Below are positions 10,301-19,381 of a stretch of DNA of 64,000 bases, one piece after another. Numbering within the stretch: the first letter of the stretch is position 1; every line of letters starts with the position of its first letter. The stretch comes from Aeriscardovia aeriphila (GTDB lineage: Bacteria; Actinomycetota; Actinomycetes; Actinomycetales; Bifidobacteriaceae), in contig CASERW010000001.1 of the NCBI GenBank assembly GCA_949290445.1, positions 20,799 to 84,798 on the forward strand. Direction: 5' to 3'. A program made the position numbers and the translations under genes. Under the pieces are notes generated by a model, which searched no databases, was not told the DNA's origin, and saw only the letters and a program-made list of their open reading frames with translations.

Positions 10301-11289
10301 CCACCGACGCGACGGAAATCGACAAGCTCATCGTCAACTATGCGAATAATGAGGAAGCGATCACCTTCCTGACCGCTCTCAAGCGTTTCCGCGAGCAGAC
10401 GAAGCTGGCCGCGATGGTGGAAAACCTGCAGTCAACGGTCAACCCCACGGATAACCGAATTCACACCACATATACGCAGACGGTCGCCGCAACAGGACGC
10501 TTGAGCTCGCTGGAGCCGAACTTGCAGAACATTCCGAACCGCACGCCTGAAGGCAGGGAAATTCGTTCGACTTTCGTTGCCCGCCCGCGCTTCACGAGCC
10601 TTTTGAGCTCGGATTATTCGCAGGTGGAGTTGCGCATTATGGCTCATATGTCCGGCGACCAAAGCCTGATCGACGCCTTCCGCTCTGGCGCAGACTTCCA
10701 CAAGTACGTGGCGTCGCTGGTGTATTCGGAGCCGGTCGAGCAGGTGACTGATTCGCAGCGCACGCATGTGAAGGCGATGAGCTACGGCCTGGCTTATGGC
10801 TTGTCCACCTTCGGATTAGCACAGCGTTTGGAGGTGAGTAACCACGAGGCTGAGGAGCTGAAGAATAAGTACTTTTCCACGTTCGGCAAAGTGCATGACT
10901 TCTTGGAGTCACTGGTTTCTCAAGCTCGCCGCCGCGGGTACACGGAAACCCTATTTGGGCGCAGACGCTACTTCCCAGAGCTGCTCGGAACGGATCGTCG
11001 TGCTCGCCAGGCGGCTGAGCGAGCAGCGTTGAATGCGCCCATTCAGGGTACTGCTGCCGACATTATGAAGCTGGCGATGATCCGCGCGCAGAAAGCTTTG
11101 GATGAGCACCATGTGAAGAGCCAGATTTTGCTGCAGATCCACGATGAATTGGTGGTCGGCTTGGCGCAAGGTGAGGAGGAGCTCGTTACTAGGCTGGTTA
11201 AGGATGCGATGGAAAACGCCGTGCATCTGACCGTGCCGCTGAGTGTGTCTACGGGTGTGGGGCCAGATTGGATGGCTGCTGCTCACTGA
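7375..11289 (+). CDS. polA: DNA polymerase I with large low-complexity insertions
   Basis: 5'-3' exonuclease (VDGHSLAFRA, YEGDD, GETSDNIPGV) and polymerase motifs (TGRLSS..PNLQNIP, DYSQVELR, IQGTAADI, QIHDEL); 1304 aa. Confidence 0.96.
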   Translation: MSETSTGMNEAQESRSESVAQAHAVMMTAAGKELAPDNPELLTTTAGQGEPEEMTDDKIAEGVAKAVAKEKDRSLEELEASIPQVPKITNPKGRLLVVDGHSLAFRAWYAYNADNFTNGKGQATNAVYGFMSMLSDVCRKEKPTHLAVAFDVKGGTFRNVMLSGYKATRTAAPEELLSQLPLIQRMLHALTIPYIEVPGYEGDDVIATLAAQGELHGYQTLVLSGDRDSFQLIDDNVTVLYPGYHFSDLKHMTAQAVLEKYKVTPRQYPDLAAIRGETSDNIPGVPGVGDGFAAKWINQYGSLAQLVAHAGELTGKKGAAFAEMTDQVMLNRRINVVRRDVDFTVDFDALKITTVDVPALDAILSELNFGPHTRQRLLDTFAQGKSAGAGQSASAGQSAGAGQSAGTGQRATGHTSAAQAVRSAGAGQGASSAQIAGNVQAAGGVGSSAATSAAADADMNTPPTLFQGSEPGDNSTSAARDEDYFDDSSVPVTPVPLLTFDHIGGSTNAEPADVEQAALASYSTLTAAQTKRAGEVPHFSTYERGEKEQAQFSFDNLKPTVLTAGLPDAEKLEKWLSEHPARKAQRVAGAQAAQFSNAPINPDTPDEQQGSVANALGTVKNARQSAMDTLLVLLEGNPQPGRARADTLWLVAPDHHALRIDLRSMNLSAGPSWNMNESATHQDAADKADLRLEESDEEGTQGLSEEEALEARVALLSGSIPVGQALSDGEILVTDDSQAAFDLFADEGAAAKSDAGEQIRRVLNKAFQQRAISVWGYKESLLLAQAVGLKLATPAFDIKLAAFLTSPDKPCETVEEAAHTFLGIEPVQKEVKQRKAKLDWLAGKLVRSRAHAFARPAYLMALQRYLAQLVDGHCQFGLLTNVELPVSQVLARMEEAGTSVDSAKLEEVYQDFHSQAQQAEQIALDVVRNHENALNPHADNPEAQGEVNLSSPQQLQTVLFTTLGLKGTKKTARGYSTDATEIDKLIVNYANNEEAITFLTALKRFREQTKLAAMVENLQSTVNPTDNRIHTTYTQTVAATGRLSSLEPNLQNIPNRTPEGREIRSTFVARPRFTSLLSSDYSQVELRIMAHMSGDQSLIDAFRSGADFHKYVASLVYSEPVEQVTDSQRTHVKAMSYGLAYGLSTFGLAQRLEVSNHEAEELKNKYFSTFGKVHDFLESLVSQARRRGYTETLFGRRRYFPELLGTDRRARQAAERAALNAPIQGTAADIMKLAMIRAQKALDEHHVKSQILLQIHDELVVGLAQGEEELVTRLVKDAMENAVHLTVPLSVSTGVGPDWMAAAH
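8528..8603 (+). repeat. 18-bp tandem repeat x4 inside polA (QSAGAG units)
   Basis: agagtgctggcgctggcc repeated four times with 0-2 substitutions per unit. Confidence 0.9.
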
Positions 11290-11324
11290 TGGGCCGCGGG
11301 CTCGCAAGCCACAGAAACGGAGGA

Positions 11325-12287
11325 ATGATGCTGCTACTCGCTCACGTCGTACAAGAACTGGAAAAGCTTTACCCACTGCGATATGCGGAAAGCTGGGATT
11401 ATCCCGGCCTGATTGTGGGAGACCTCGCGCACCCTGTGCGCAAAATTTATATGGCTGTCGATCCGACCGAGGCCATCGTGGAAGAAGCGAAGGCTTTTGG
11501 CGCTGACCTGATCGTCACCCATCATCCGCTCTTCTTCCGTTCGGTGCATGAAATGTCAGGTTTAAGCCATAGGGGAGCGATCGTCTCCGAGCTCTACCGT
11601 AGCGGTATCGGCCTGTGGGTGGGGCATACGAATGCGGACGCTGCTCATCGAGGGGTGAGTGAAGCGTTGGCTGATGTTCTCGGAGTGTGCAACTATAAGC
11701 CGTTGGTTGCCCTGTCTGACCCGAGTTCTCCGTATGATGGCGAGCTTGGCCTGGGGCGTGTGGGGCAGTTGGAGCAAGCGATGAGCTTGCGAGATTTCGC
11801 TGAGCGTGTCAACGCGGTTTTGCCGCCGACCCGCAGGGGAATTGACGTCGCTGGTAATCTTGAGATGCCCGTAAAGAAGGTTGCCGTTCTGGGAGGTTCT
11901 GGCGACTCGGAGTTTGACGCTGTGCGTGCAGCGGGGGCGGATGTGTATGTGACCTCCGACTTGCGTCACCACCCGGTTTTGGATGCTGTTGAGCAGGCTG
12001 ACAATGAGGCAGCGCTTGCCCAGCTGGGGATTATCATTGCCGGCGAGCGGGTGCAAGAAGTGAGCTTACCAGCGGATTATTCTGGCTTCCCGCGTCCGGC
12101 GTTTATAAACACCCCGCACTACGCTTCAGAAAAGCCATTCTTAACCTACGCTCAGCATGATGTGGCTCAGGTGGTGCGTGAAAAGTATGGCGTGGAGCTG
12201 GAGATCGCGATTTCGCCGACGGACACGGACCCGATCGTGCTGCATTTGAGCTCGCCTATCGAGCCGGTGATGCCGAGCACGAAGTGA
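11325..12287 (+). CDS. Nif3-like dinuclear metal centre protein
   Basis: AESWDYPGL, THHPLFF, HTNADA, VTSDLRHH and PHYASE; RBS ggagg before ATG 11325. Confidence 0.92.
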   Translation: MMLLLAHVVQELEKLYPLRYAESWDYPGLIVGDLAHPVRKIYMAVDPTEAIVEEAKAFGADLIVTHHPLFFRSVHEMSGLSHRGAIVSELYRSGIGLWVGHTNADAAHRGVSEALADVLGVCNYKPLVALSDPSSPYDGELGLGRVGQLEQAMSLRDFAERVNAVLPPTRRGIDVAGNLEMPVKKVAVLGGSGDSEFDAVRAAGADVYVTSDLRHHPVLDAVEQADNEAALAQLGIIIAGERVQEVSLPADYSGFPRPAFINTPHYASEKPFLTYAQHDVAQVVREKYGVELEIAISPTDTDPIVLHLSSPIEPVMPSTK

Positions 12288-12383
12288 GCAGCGGAGAAGT
12301 TTTCTGATTTCCGCGTGTCGAAACTAGTCAAATGGGAAAGTACACACTATAGTAAAAGAGTTGCCCACCGCGGTGGATGACAT

Positions 12384-12457
12384 CGGACCGTAGCGCAGCT
12401 TGGTAGCGCGTCTGCTTTGGGTGCAGAATGTCGCAGGTTCAAATCCTGTCGGTCCGA
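12384..12457 (+). tRNA. tRNA-Pro(TGG)
   Basis: CGGACCG/CGGTCCG acceptor stem, anticodon arm TCTGC-TTTGGGT-GCAGA, GGTTCAAATCC. Confidence 0.95.
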
Positions 12458-12463
12458 CAATCA

Positions 12464-12490
12464 GGGGATGAACTTCGGTTCATCCCTTTT
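12464..12490 (+). terminator. Terminator after tRNA-Pro
   Basis: gggatgaac-ttcg-gttcatccc followed by tttt. Confidence 0.85.
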
Positions 12491-12646
12491 GCGTTTCGGG
12501 AAATCTTCAACTCGCCTGAACTCAGGTTCCCTCCAGATTATCAGTGCCCGAAAGTGGCAAGTGTGAAAATCATTCTCCAGAACGATGGAACAACCATGCC
12601 AGCTGTGCCACACTAAGTGTTTTGGTAGTAGAGGCGAGGAAACGAG

Positions 12647-13678
12647 GTGAGCATGAGCAACAACGAGCCTCATCATCGTTACATCCATCATCTTTCCCAA
12701 GAAGAAATCAACGAAGCTGCAGCCGCGCGTGACCCACACATCCGCGCAATTCTCGAAAGAGAATCACGCACTCCTTTCTCCCGTTTTGCCTTCGACTGGG
12801 CAACACTGCGCACTCTTCACGGCCAAGAAAAGCGTGACTTTTTCAGCCGCCACCTGCTCTCGCCAGTACTCATTTGCGTCATTCTTGCGGTGTGCATGCT
12901 TATCAGCGTTGGCATAGTGTTACAACGCCCGGACGTTCCCGTCGTCCGAGTCGAAGCCATTAATATGGGCGAGTACAAGAGTCAGCTCAACCAACTCGCC
13001 GTGAATTTCAGCGACTCCGACCCTGTTCTTGGCCATGATGATGTGCTGATTGACGCGCAGATGAGTATGACTCGCTCTCGCCTGACGCGGCAAAATTTGT
13101 GGAGCAACCTCAAAGACCCTCGCCAGCAGCGTTATTATTCCGGCAGTGAGAGCAAACTGGGCGCTAAAAGGGAAGGTGCGCCGAATGGTGCTCATAGGAG
13201 TAGCCAGGATGGCGGCCAGGAGAGTGGCAAAGAGGGGCTGCACACTCCTTCTGATGAGCGCAATCAGCAGGATGGCACGCGCGAATCTGGCACACGCGAA
13301 TCTGGTACCTGGGGCCGCTTCTTCCAGGGTTTTGCCTCCGCTCTTCCTCGCATGCGCACCCGCCGCGTCTGCCCGGTAGGCCAATGGGTTGTTGATCGCC
13401 ACATCTTCGCGCGCATGGTGCACTTGCGCTGCATCGAACCTCTGCCTCGCGTCGTCGATACCAGCGTTCTTGATAATCTCAAGCATTCCGGGGCTCGCTT
13501 TGTCGACAAGAACGGCAGGATTACCAGCAATATTGAGGCTTCCTACGGCCTAGATTTAGGCTCTGCGCCACAATGGGGAAAGCTGAAACTGCCCGACGAC
13601 GCCTGTTTTGGCGCCTCGATCACCCAGTATGACGTCAAATACCTGCGTCAGTTCGTCACCTTCCTCTACGAAAAGTAA
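12647..13678 (+). CDS. Hypothetical single-pass membrane protein
   Basis: One hydrophobic segment (PVLICVILAVCMLISVGIVL); low-complexity middle with a 15-bp GTRES repeat near 13273-13308; the start may be ATG 12653. Confidence 0.65.
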   Translation: MSMSNNEPHHRYIHHLSQEEINEAAAARDPHIRAILERESRTPFSRFAFDWATLRTLHGQEKRDFFSRHLLSPVLICVILAVCMLISVGIVLQRPDVPVVRVEAINMGEYKSQLNQLAVNFSDSDPVLGHDDVLIDAQMSMTRSRLTRQNLWSNLKDPRQQRYYSGSESKLGAKREGAPNGAHRSSQDGGQESGKEGLHTPSDERNQQDGTRESGTRESGTWGRFFQGFASALPRMRTRRVCPVGQWVVDRHIFARMVHLRCIEPLPRVVDTSVLDNLKHSGARFVDKNGRITSNIEASYGLDLGSAPQWGKLKLPDDACFGASITQYDVKYLRQFVTFLYEK

Positions 13679-13754
13679 ACTCGCGCAGGCCAGGCGGCTT
13701 CATATCTGAGTCCTATCTGTGGCGTGCGCCGGGCTATAGTGGGAGCGAGGAGGA

Positions 13755-15077
13755 GTGATGGGACGCAATCAAAAAGCTGAAACCGGCGGAATTATCGCAG
13801 CTGTACTGTCGCTTTTTGCCACTTACGCTATTCTCATGGGAATCGACCAATTCACCACCGTGCAACATGCGGACGTGAATATTCGATTCCTCGTCTGGTC
13901 GGCAGTCATCGCCTGCTGTGCGGTGGTGAGCTTCATCATCGGCTACGCACGGCTCTCCAATTCTTGGACGTCGCGTTTCGGGCTGTGGATTCCGATCCGC
14001 AAATTCTTTGAAGTCGTCTCGCTCTCGGCCATGTACGCGCCAACTGTGCTACTCGTCGCTTTCTCCACCATGCGAGTCACCTACACAACCGTGGGCTACC
14101 AAACAAACTCGCTCTTCTTCCATGGCATGGTCTCCGTCATCGCAGCAGTAAGCAGTTATTTCGGCTTCGTCCAAGGAGAAATGTTGACCGCCAAGATGGT
14201 GGTGAGCATCCTGCCGGTCTTCGTGATTTCAGGCGTCATGACCGCAGCACTGACGACCACCGACCTCAACTGGTGGCGTGCGAACTTCTCGGAGCTGGGT
14301 GATTCGACGTCGTTCGCGGCGAATATGTTCAACTTCACACTCATCATGTGCGGAATCTGCGTGGTCATCGTCTCTTACTTCGCTGTATATGAGCTGATCG
14401 GCTCGCATGATCAGTACCTCGCGTGGAGAGCGAAAGTCGGCCTTCCCACAACCGTTGAGCCGGGCTATTACACCCGGAAGCGCAAGCATATCTGGGCTGT
14501 AGTGAAGTCGGCGATGCAGACGAATTACGCGCCGGAAGAGAGCCTACAGGGCAGCAAGCAGGCTGATAATCTCGACCCTGAGTTGCGAGCTTTACGCGCC
14601 CAGATTATCACTGATAAATCAGCCCTCTACCCTTACTTCAGGCTTCGCTGCTATGTTTTGCTCGCGCTGCTCGTCATCACCGGCCTCATGCTTTCCGGAG
14701 TGGGCGTGTTTCGCTACACGCCACACCCCGATATGCATAATTTCTTCGCTCGCGGAATGATGGTGCCAATCTACACGCTGCTCGTGGCCTTGCCGATTCT
14801 CGCTCCTCAGTTGAACAGAATCGTGTATGCAGTGAGTTGGGCTGAGGTGCTTTTCGTCATGCTCTCCGGCTTCAGCTGGCTCAATGGGGAGACGACGCTG
14901 ACCAATGTGGAGGCGATCACCTGGCTGCTATTCATGGCGTGGTTCATCATTTTCTCGCGTCAGATAGCGTCGATCGCCGCAGACAGAGAGTATGCGCAGT
15001 CGCGTTACTCTCTGCTGAGCGATCAGGTGAACAGTTTGCCTTCGGAAACGGCGTCGCGCGTCTCCCCAGAAGCGTGA
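13755..15077 (+). CDS. Polytopic membrane protein (DUF998-like)
   Basis: About ten hydrophobic helices, WWRANFSELGD motif and HN motif; strong RBS. Confidence 0.7.
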   Translation: MMGRNQKAETGGIIAAVLSLFATYAILMGIDQFTTVQHADVNIRFLVWSAVIACCAVVSFIIGYARLSNSWTSRFGLWIPIRKFFEVVSLSAMYAPTVLLVAFSTMRVTYTTVGYQTNSLFFHGMVSVIAAVSSYFGFVQGEMLTAKMVVSILPVFVISGVMTAALTTTDLNWWRANFSELGDSTSFAANMFNFTLIMCGICVVIVSYFAVYELIGSHDQYLAWRAKVGLPTTVEPGYYTRKRKHIWAVVKSAMQTNYAPEESLQGSKQADNLDPELRALRAQIITDKSALYPYFRLRCYVLLALLVITGLMLSGVGVFRYTPHPDMHNFFARGMMVPIYTLLVALPILAPQLNRIVYAVSWAEVLFVMLSGFSWLNGETTLTNVEAITWLLFMAWFIIFSRQIASIAADREYAQSRYSLLSDQVNSLPSETASRVSPEA

Positions 15078-15080
15078 GTC

Positions 15081-17318
15081 TCAGTTCTCCGAGCTGTCCT
15101 GGCCATCGCCAGAAACGTTCATCAAACCTGCCTTTGCACGCTCATTCAACCTGGCTTCGCGCAAACGAGCAGCAGCCTTCTGGGCAATCTTGCGCTCATC
15201 ATGAGGAGTGAGCGAACGCAACAGCAAGAAGGAGTAAGGCTGCGCGGTCAGAGTGAAACCAGCATCATAAGTGTACGCGGGAGCATCCGGCTGATACGTG
15301 TCAACCTCGACTCGCCACTTCGTTCCATACTGCTTATCAGGCAGGGTGAAAGCAATTGGCTCATAGTAAGCGTTGAAGATGAGCAGGAAATCATCGTCAT
15401 GCTTAAGGTTACCCAGCTGGTCCTTTTCGCCCAGATCATGGCCGTTCAAGAACACCATGATGGACAGGGCATAGAACTTATCCCAGTCGGACTTATCCAT
15501 GATGCGGCCCGAATGGTCGAACCATTCAATCTGAGCAGGGCTGCTGGAAGCGTCGTGCGCAGGGCGCGAATCAAAGTAACGAGAACGGTGGAACACTGGG
15601 TGGTCACGACGCAGCTTGATAATCTTGCGCGTAAATTCCAGCAAAGCACGGTCGTCATCGTCTAGATCCCAGTTGTACCAGCTAATCGCGTTGTCCTGAC
15701 AGTAAGCATTGTTATTGCCTTGCTGTGTGCGGCCCATCTCATCGCCGCCCAACAGCATCGGAACGCCTTGGGAGAACATGAGAGTGGAGAGGAAGTTGCG
15801 ACGCTGACGGTGGCGCAAATCCAGCACGTCGGTGATTGTGGTCGGGCCTTCCGTACCGCAATTCCACGAGCGATTATTCGAATCCCCATCGCGGTTACCC
15901 TCACCATTAGCCATATTGTGCTTTTCGTTGTAGGAAACGAGATCGGTCAGCGTAAAGCCATCGTGAGCGGTAATGAAGTTGATGGAGGCCTGAGGCTTGC
16001 GCCCATTGTGCTGGTACAAGTCCGATGAGCCGGTGATGCGAGAGGCGAAAACCGGCAGGGTAGAGGTTTGCGAACGCCAGAAATCACGAGCAGTATCGCG
16101 GTACGCGCCATTCCACTCCGACCAGTTCGACGGGAAGCCGCCCACCTGGTAGCCATTCTCACCGGTATCCCATGGCTCGGCGATGAGCTTGGTGTGGGAG
16201 AGAACAGGGTCGGTGTCCACCATGTCGAAGAAGCTCGAGAACTTGTCAAAATTACCGTTTTCACGGCCCAGCGTTGCGGCAAGGTCGAAGCGGAAACCGT
16301 CCACATGCATGTCGTGAGCCCAGTAGCGCAGCGAATCGACGATCATCTGCAACTGGTTGGGGTAGTGCATGTTGAGCGAATTGCCTGTACCGGTCGTGTC
16401 GAAATAGTGCGCTTCATCGCCGGGCACCAGCCGGTAGCTCGCCGCATTGTCAATACCGCGGAAGGAGAGGGTAGGTCCGTTGTGGTTGCCCTCAGCAGTG
16501 TGGTTGTACACCACATCGAGAATGATCTCGATGCCGGCACGATGGTAAGCCTTCACCATCGACTTGAACTCAGCAACCTGCTCGCCCCTCTCACCCCAAC
16601 TGGCATAATTGGCGTTAGGAGCGAAAAAGCCGATAGTGTTGTAACCCCAATAGTTCGCCAGACCCTTCTTTTGCAAAGTCGAATCCTGCACGAACTGGTG
16701 AACAGGCATCAACTCCACCGCCGTCACACCGAGCTTTTTGATGTAACTGATAACACTGGGGTGAGCCATTCCTGCATATGTTCCGCGCAGGTCAGAAGGA
16801 ACATCGGGGTTCAAATTCGTAATTCCGCGAACATGGGTTTCGTAAATAATCGAGTCGGAGAGGGGAGTTTCTGGTTTGCGGTCATTCTCCCAATCGAAGT
16901 ACGGGTTGATGACGACAGCTTTCGGCATGGACTTCGCCGAATCCATAATGTTGAGCTTGCCATGGTCAGGGTCGTCGAAGTAATACGAGTACAGGGTTTC
17001 ATCATCGTGGACTCGGCCTGCGATAGCCTTCGCATACGGGTCGAGCAGCAGTTTGTGAGGGTTGCACCGTTGGCCGTGGGCAGGATCCCATGGTCCATAA
17101 ACGCGGTAGCCATAACGCTGGCCAGGGTAGACTCCAGGCACATACACGTGCCACACTTTGGCGTCACATTCTTCAACGGGGATTCGAGTTTCTCTGTCAT
17201 CATCGTCGAAGAAGCAGAGCTCAACAGCCGTTGCTACCGAGCTAAAGAGTGCGAAATTGGTGCCTTCGCCATCGAAATTGGCACCCAGCGGATAATTTTT
17301 ACCTGGTCTGGTCTGCAT
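15081..17318 (-). CDS. glgX: Glycogen debranching enzyme (GH13)
   Basis: YPLGA, NYWGYN, DVVYNHTAEG, DGFRFDLA, IAEPWD, FITAHDGFTL and GNNNAYCQDN. Confidence 0.96.
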   Translation of the reverse strand: MQTRPGKNYPLGANFDGEGTNFALFSSVATAVELCFFDDDDRETRIPVEECDAKVWHVYVPGVYPGQRYGYRVYGPWDPAHGQRCNPHKLLLDPYAKAIAGRVHDDETLYSYYFDDPDHGKLNIMDSAKSMPKAVVINPYFDWENDRKPETPLSDSIIYETHVRGITNLNPDVPSDLRGTYAGMAHPSVISYIKKLGVTAVELMPVHQFVQDSTLQKKGLANYWGYNTIGFFAPNANYASWGERGEQVAEFKSMVKAYHRAGIEIILDVVYNHTAEGNHNGPTLSFRGIDNAASYRLVPGDEAHYFDTTGTGNSLNMHYPNQLQMIVDSLRYWAHDMHVDGFRFDLAATLGRENGNFDKFSSFFDMVDTDPVLSHTKLIAEPWDTGENGYQVGGFPSNWSEWNGAYRDTARDFWRSQTSTLPVFASRITGSSDLYQHNGRKPQASINFITAHDGFTLTDLVSYNEKHNMANGEGNRDGDSNNRSWNCGTEGPTTITDVLDLRHRQRRNFLSTLMFSQGVPMLLGGDEMGRTQQGNNNAYCQDNAISWYNWDLDDDDRALLEFTRKIIKLRRDHPVFHRSRYFDSRPAHDASSSPAQIEWFDHSGRIMDKSDWDKFYALSIMVFLNGHDLGEKDQLGNLKHDDDFLLIFNAYYEPIAFTLPDKQYGTKWRVEVDTYQPDAPAYTYDAGFTLTAQPYSFLLLRSLTPHDERKIAQKAAARLREARLNERAKAGLMNVSGDGQDSSEN

Positions 17319-17392
17319 AATTCCTCCTGAGTTTAGTTTATCAGTTTTCTCCGGCAGTTTTGACGACTATGCTCAGCTAAGAAGAGGCGGAA

Positions 17393-17910
17393 ATGAAACC
17401 TGCAGAGATCAATGGTGATGACAGCGCATCATTTTTAACGTATATACTCTGACGAGTCGTGGGCAGATCAGGCCTTCACTAACACCACCAGCCAAAAGAT
17501 CAACCTCACCAAGTCTGGCGATCATGTTTTCCGAGCAGCGACCTATTCGGCAAAGACGGGAGAGCTGACGATGCGGGTTCGCAATGAGCAGTGATATCAC
17601 TGGTTCTTCGGCTATCTCGAACCCTCATGTCTATTGCACGTCTGAGGTTCCGTTCACTCTTGGTGCGCCTACTATTATTTCCCTTGAGATTACCAGTGCT
17701 GGTAATCCGGGAGATCGGGTTGTTATAGATTCGGTGGAGTTAGGCCTTGTAAATGATGCAACCGCTACGGATTCTGATTCACAACCAGATGACTCTGGTG
17801 CCTCAAAGCCGGATGACAATTTGGCATATCACTGGAGTGCGTCAGGAGAAAGAGCAAGAAAAACTCAACGCAAAATGGTCAGTAAAAAGCTGAGCAGTCA
17901 ACAACGATAA
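17393..17910 (+). pseudogene. Frameshifted remnant, possibly of a sortase-anchored surface protein
   Basis: Open segments in different frames (17439-17591, 17584-17910), a D/S/P linker, LAY|TG split by one base at 17830 and a basic tail. Confidence 0.4.
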
Positions 17911-17933
17911 CTGAAACGAAAAACAGATATAAC

Positions 17934-17964
17934 AAGGACGTGGAAAAATTTCCACCTCCTTTTT
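17934..17964. terminator. Terminator hairpin downstream of ackA
   Basis: aaggacgtggaaa / tttccacctcctt with flanking A and T runs. Confidence 0.6.
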
Positions 17965-18002
17965 ATATCGCGCGGATTAAGCGGATTAATCAGTGAGCAC
18001 GA

Positions 18003-19235
18003 TCAGTCCTCATCGAGACCGGTGTTGTAGTCGTCATGACCATCAGCAACGATCTTCTCAGCCTTACGAGCAATTGCGAGCTCTTCGTTGGTTGGGACCA
18101 CACACACAGCAACAGAAGAATCTGGAGTGGAGATGACGCGGTTTTCCTTGGAACGGGTCTCGTTCTTCTCGTTGTCGAGCTTGACGCCGAATGGAGCGAG
18201 CTTCTCAGCAACCATCTTGCGCACGAGGGAGTCGTTCTCACCAACGCCAGCGGTGAAGGTGATGGCGTCGAGGCCACCGAGCTGAGCCCAGTAAGCGCCG
18301 ATGTAGCTGACGATGCGGTGGACGTACACGTCCAGAGCGAGCTTGGCGTCAGCGTTGCCCTCTTCGTAGAGACGATCCACTTCGCGCAAATCGCCGTAGC
18401 CAGTCATGCCGGTCATGCCCGACTTGTGGTTGAACAGGTCGTCGAGCTCGTCAACGTCCATGTGAGCGTTGCGGATCAGGTGGAACACGACAGCTGGGTC
18501 GATGTCGCCAGTGCGGCCGCCCATGACCAAGCCCTCGAGTGGGGTGAGGCCCATGGAGGTGTCGATTGGGCGGCCAGAAACCTGAGCGGAAGCAGAAGCG
18601 CCGTTACCGATGTGCAGGACGATCTGCTTGAAGCCTTCAGCTGGCTTGCCCAACAGGGATGGAACGACGGAGCCGACATACTCGTGAGAGGTGCCGTGAG
18701 CGCCGTAACGCTGAATGTGATAACGCTCTGCAACGTCCTTGTTCAGGGCATAAGTCTTTGCCTCCGGTGGAAGTGCGAAGAAGAAGGAGCTGTCGAACAC
18801 GGCGATCTGTGGGACGGAAGGCAGCAGTTCCTTCATCACTTCGATTCCGGTGGCCTCTGGGCCGTTGTGCAGTGGAGCCAGAACAGCGAGATCCTTGATC
18901 TGCTGGATGACCTTCTTCGTGGTCAGAGCTGGCTTCGGGAAGATCCAACCACCCTGCACCACGCGGTGGCCGACAGCGATAATGCCGGCTTCTTGCAGGT
19001 TTGGACCATATTCATCAAAGAAGTCAAGAACCTTCTTCAGGCCAGTACGATGGTCTGGAACGGTTTCGTTCAGGTCGTGCTTCTCGCCCTTGTACTCGTG
19101 GCGGTAGTGGCCTCCAACAGGCTCGCCGATAGCTTCCACAAGACCGGAAGCAATAGAATCAGCGGTTTCCAAGTCGATCAGCTGGTACTTAATCGAGCTG
19201 GAGCCAGCGTTGATGACAAGAACGGTTTTTGCCAT
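18003..19235 (-). CDS. ackA: Acetate kinase
   Basis: VLVINAGSSSIKY, VGHRVVQGG, APLHN, YGAHGTSH, SMGLTPLEG and PTNEE. Confidence 0.97.
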   Translation of the reverse strand: MAKTVLVINAGSSSIKYQLIDLETADSIASGLVEAIGEPVGGHYRHEYKGEKHDLNETVPDHRTGLKKVLDFFDEYGPNLQEAGIIAVGHRVVQGGWIFPKPALTTKKVIQQIKDLAVLAPLHNGPEATGIEVMKELLPSVPQIAVFDSSFFFALPPEAKTYALNKDVAERYHIQRYGAHGTSHEYVGSVVPSLLGKPAEGFKQIVLHIGNGASASAQVSGRPIDTSMGLTPLEGLVMGGRTGDIDPAVVFHLIRNAHMDVDELDDLFNHKSGMTGMTGYGDLREVDRLYEEGNADAKLALDVYVHRIVSYIGAYWAQLGGLDAITFTAGVGENDSLVRKMVAEKLAPFGVKLDNEKNETRSKENRVISTPDSSVAVCVVPTNEELAIARKAEKIVADGHDDYNTGLDED

Positions 19236-19381
19236 GCGATTTCCTCCAAATTTCTGGGTGTCTCGAATACGCGGATGGTATTCGTTTCACTTGGCCTCTT
19301 CGAGATTACCCGCCGGGGTTTACTTTCTTTCACAATTGCCAGGAAGATTATCACTGCGCCTCATCGAGCGTGTGCTTGAGG

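Noticed and set aside
12458-15077. Integrated element at tRNA-Pro
   Set aside because: No integrase, no duplicated tRNA 3' end, and composition like the host.
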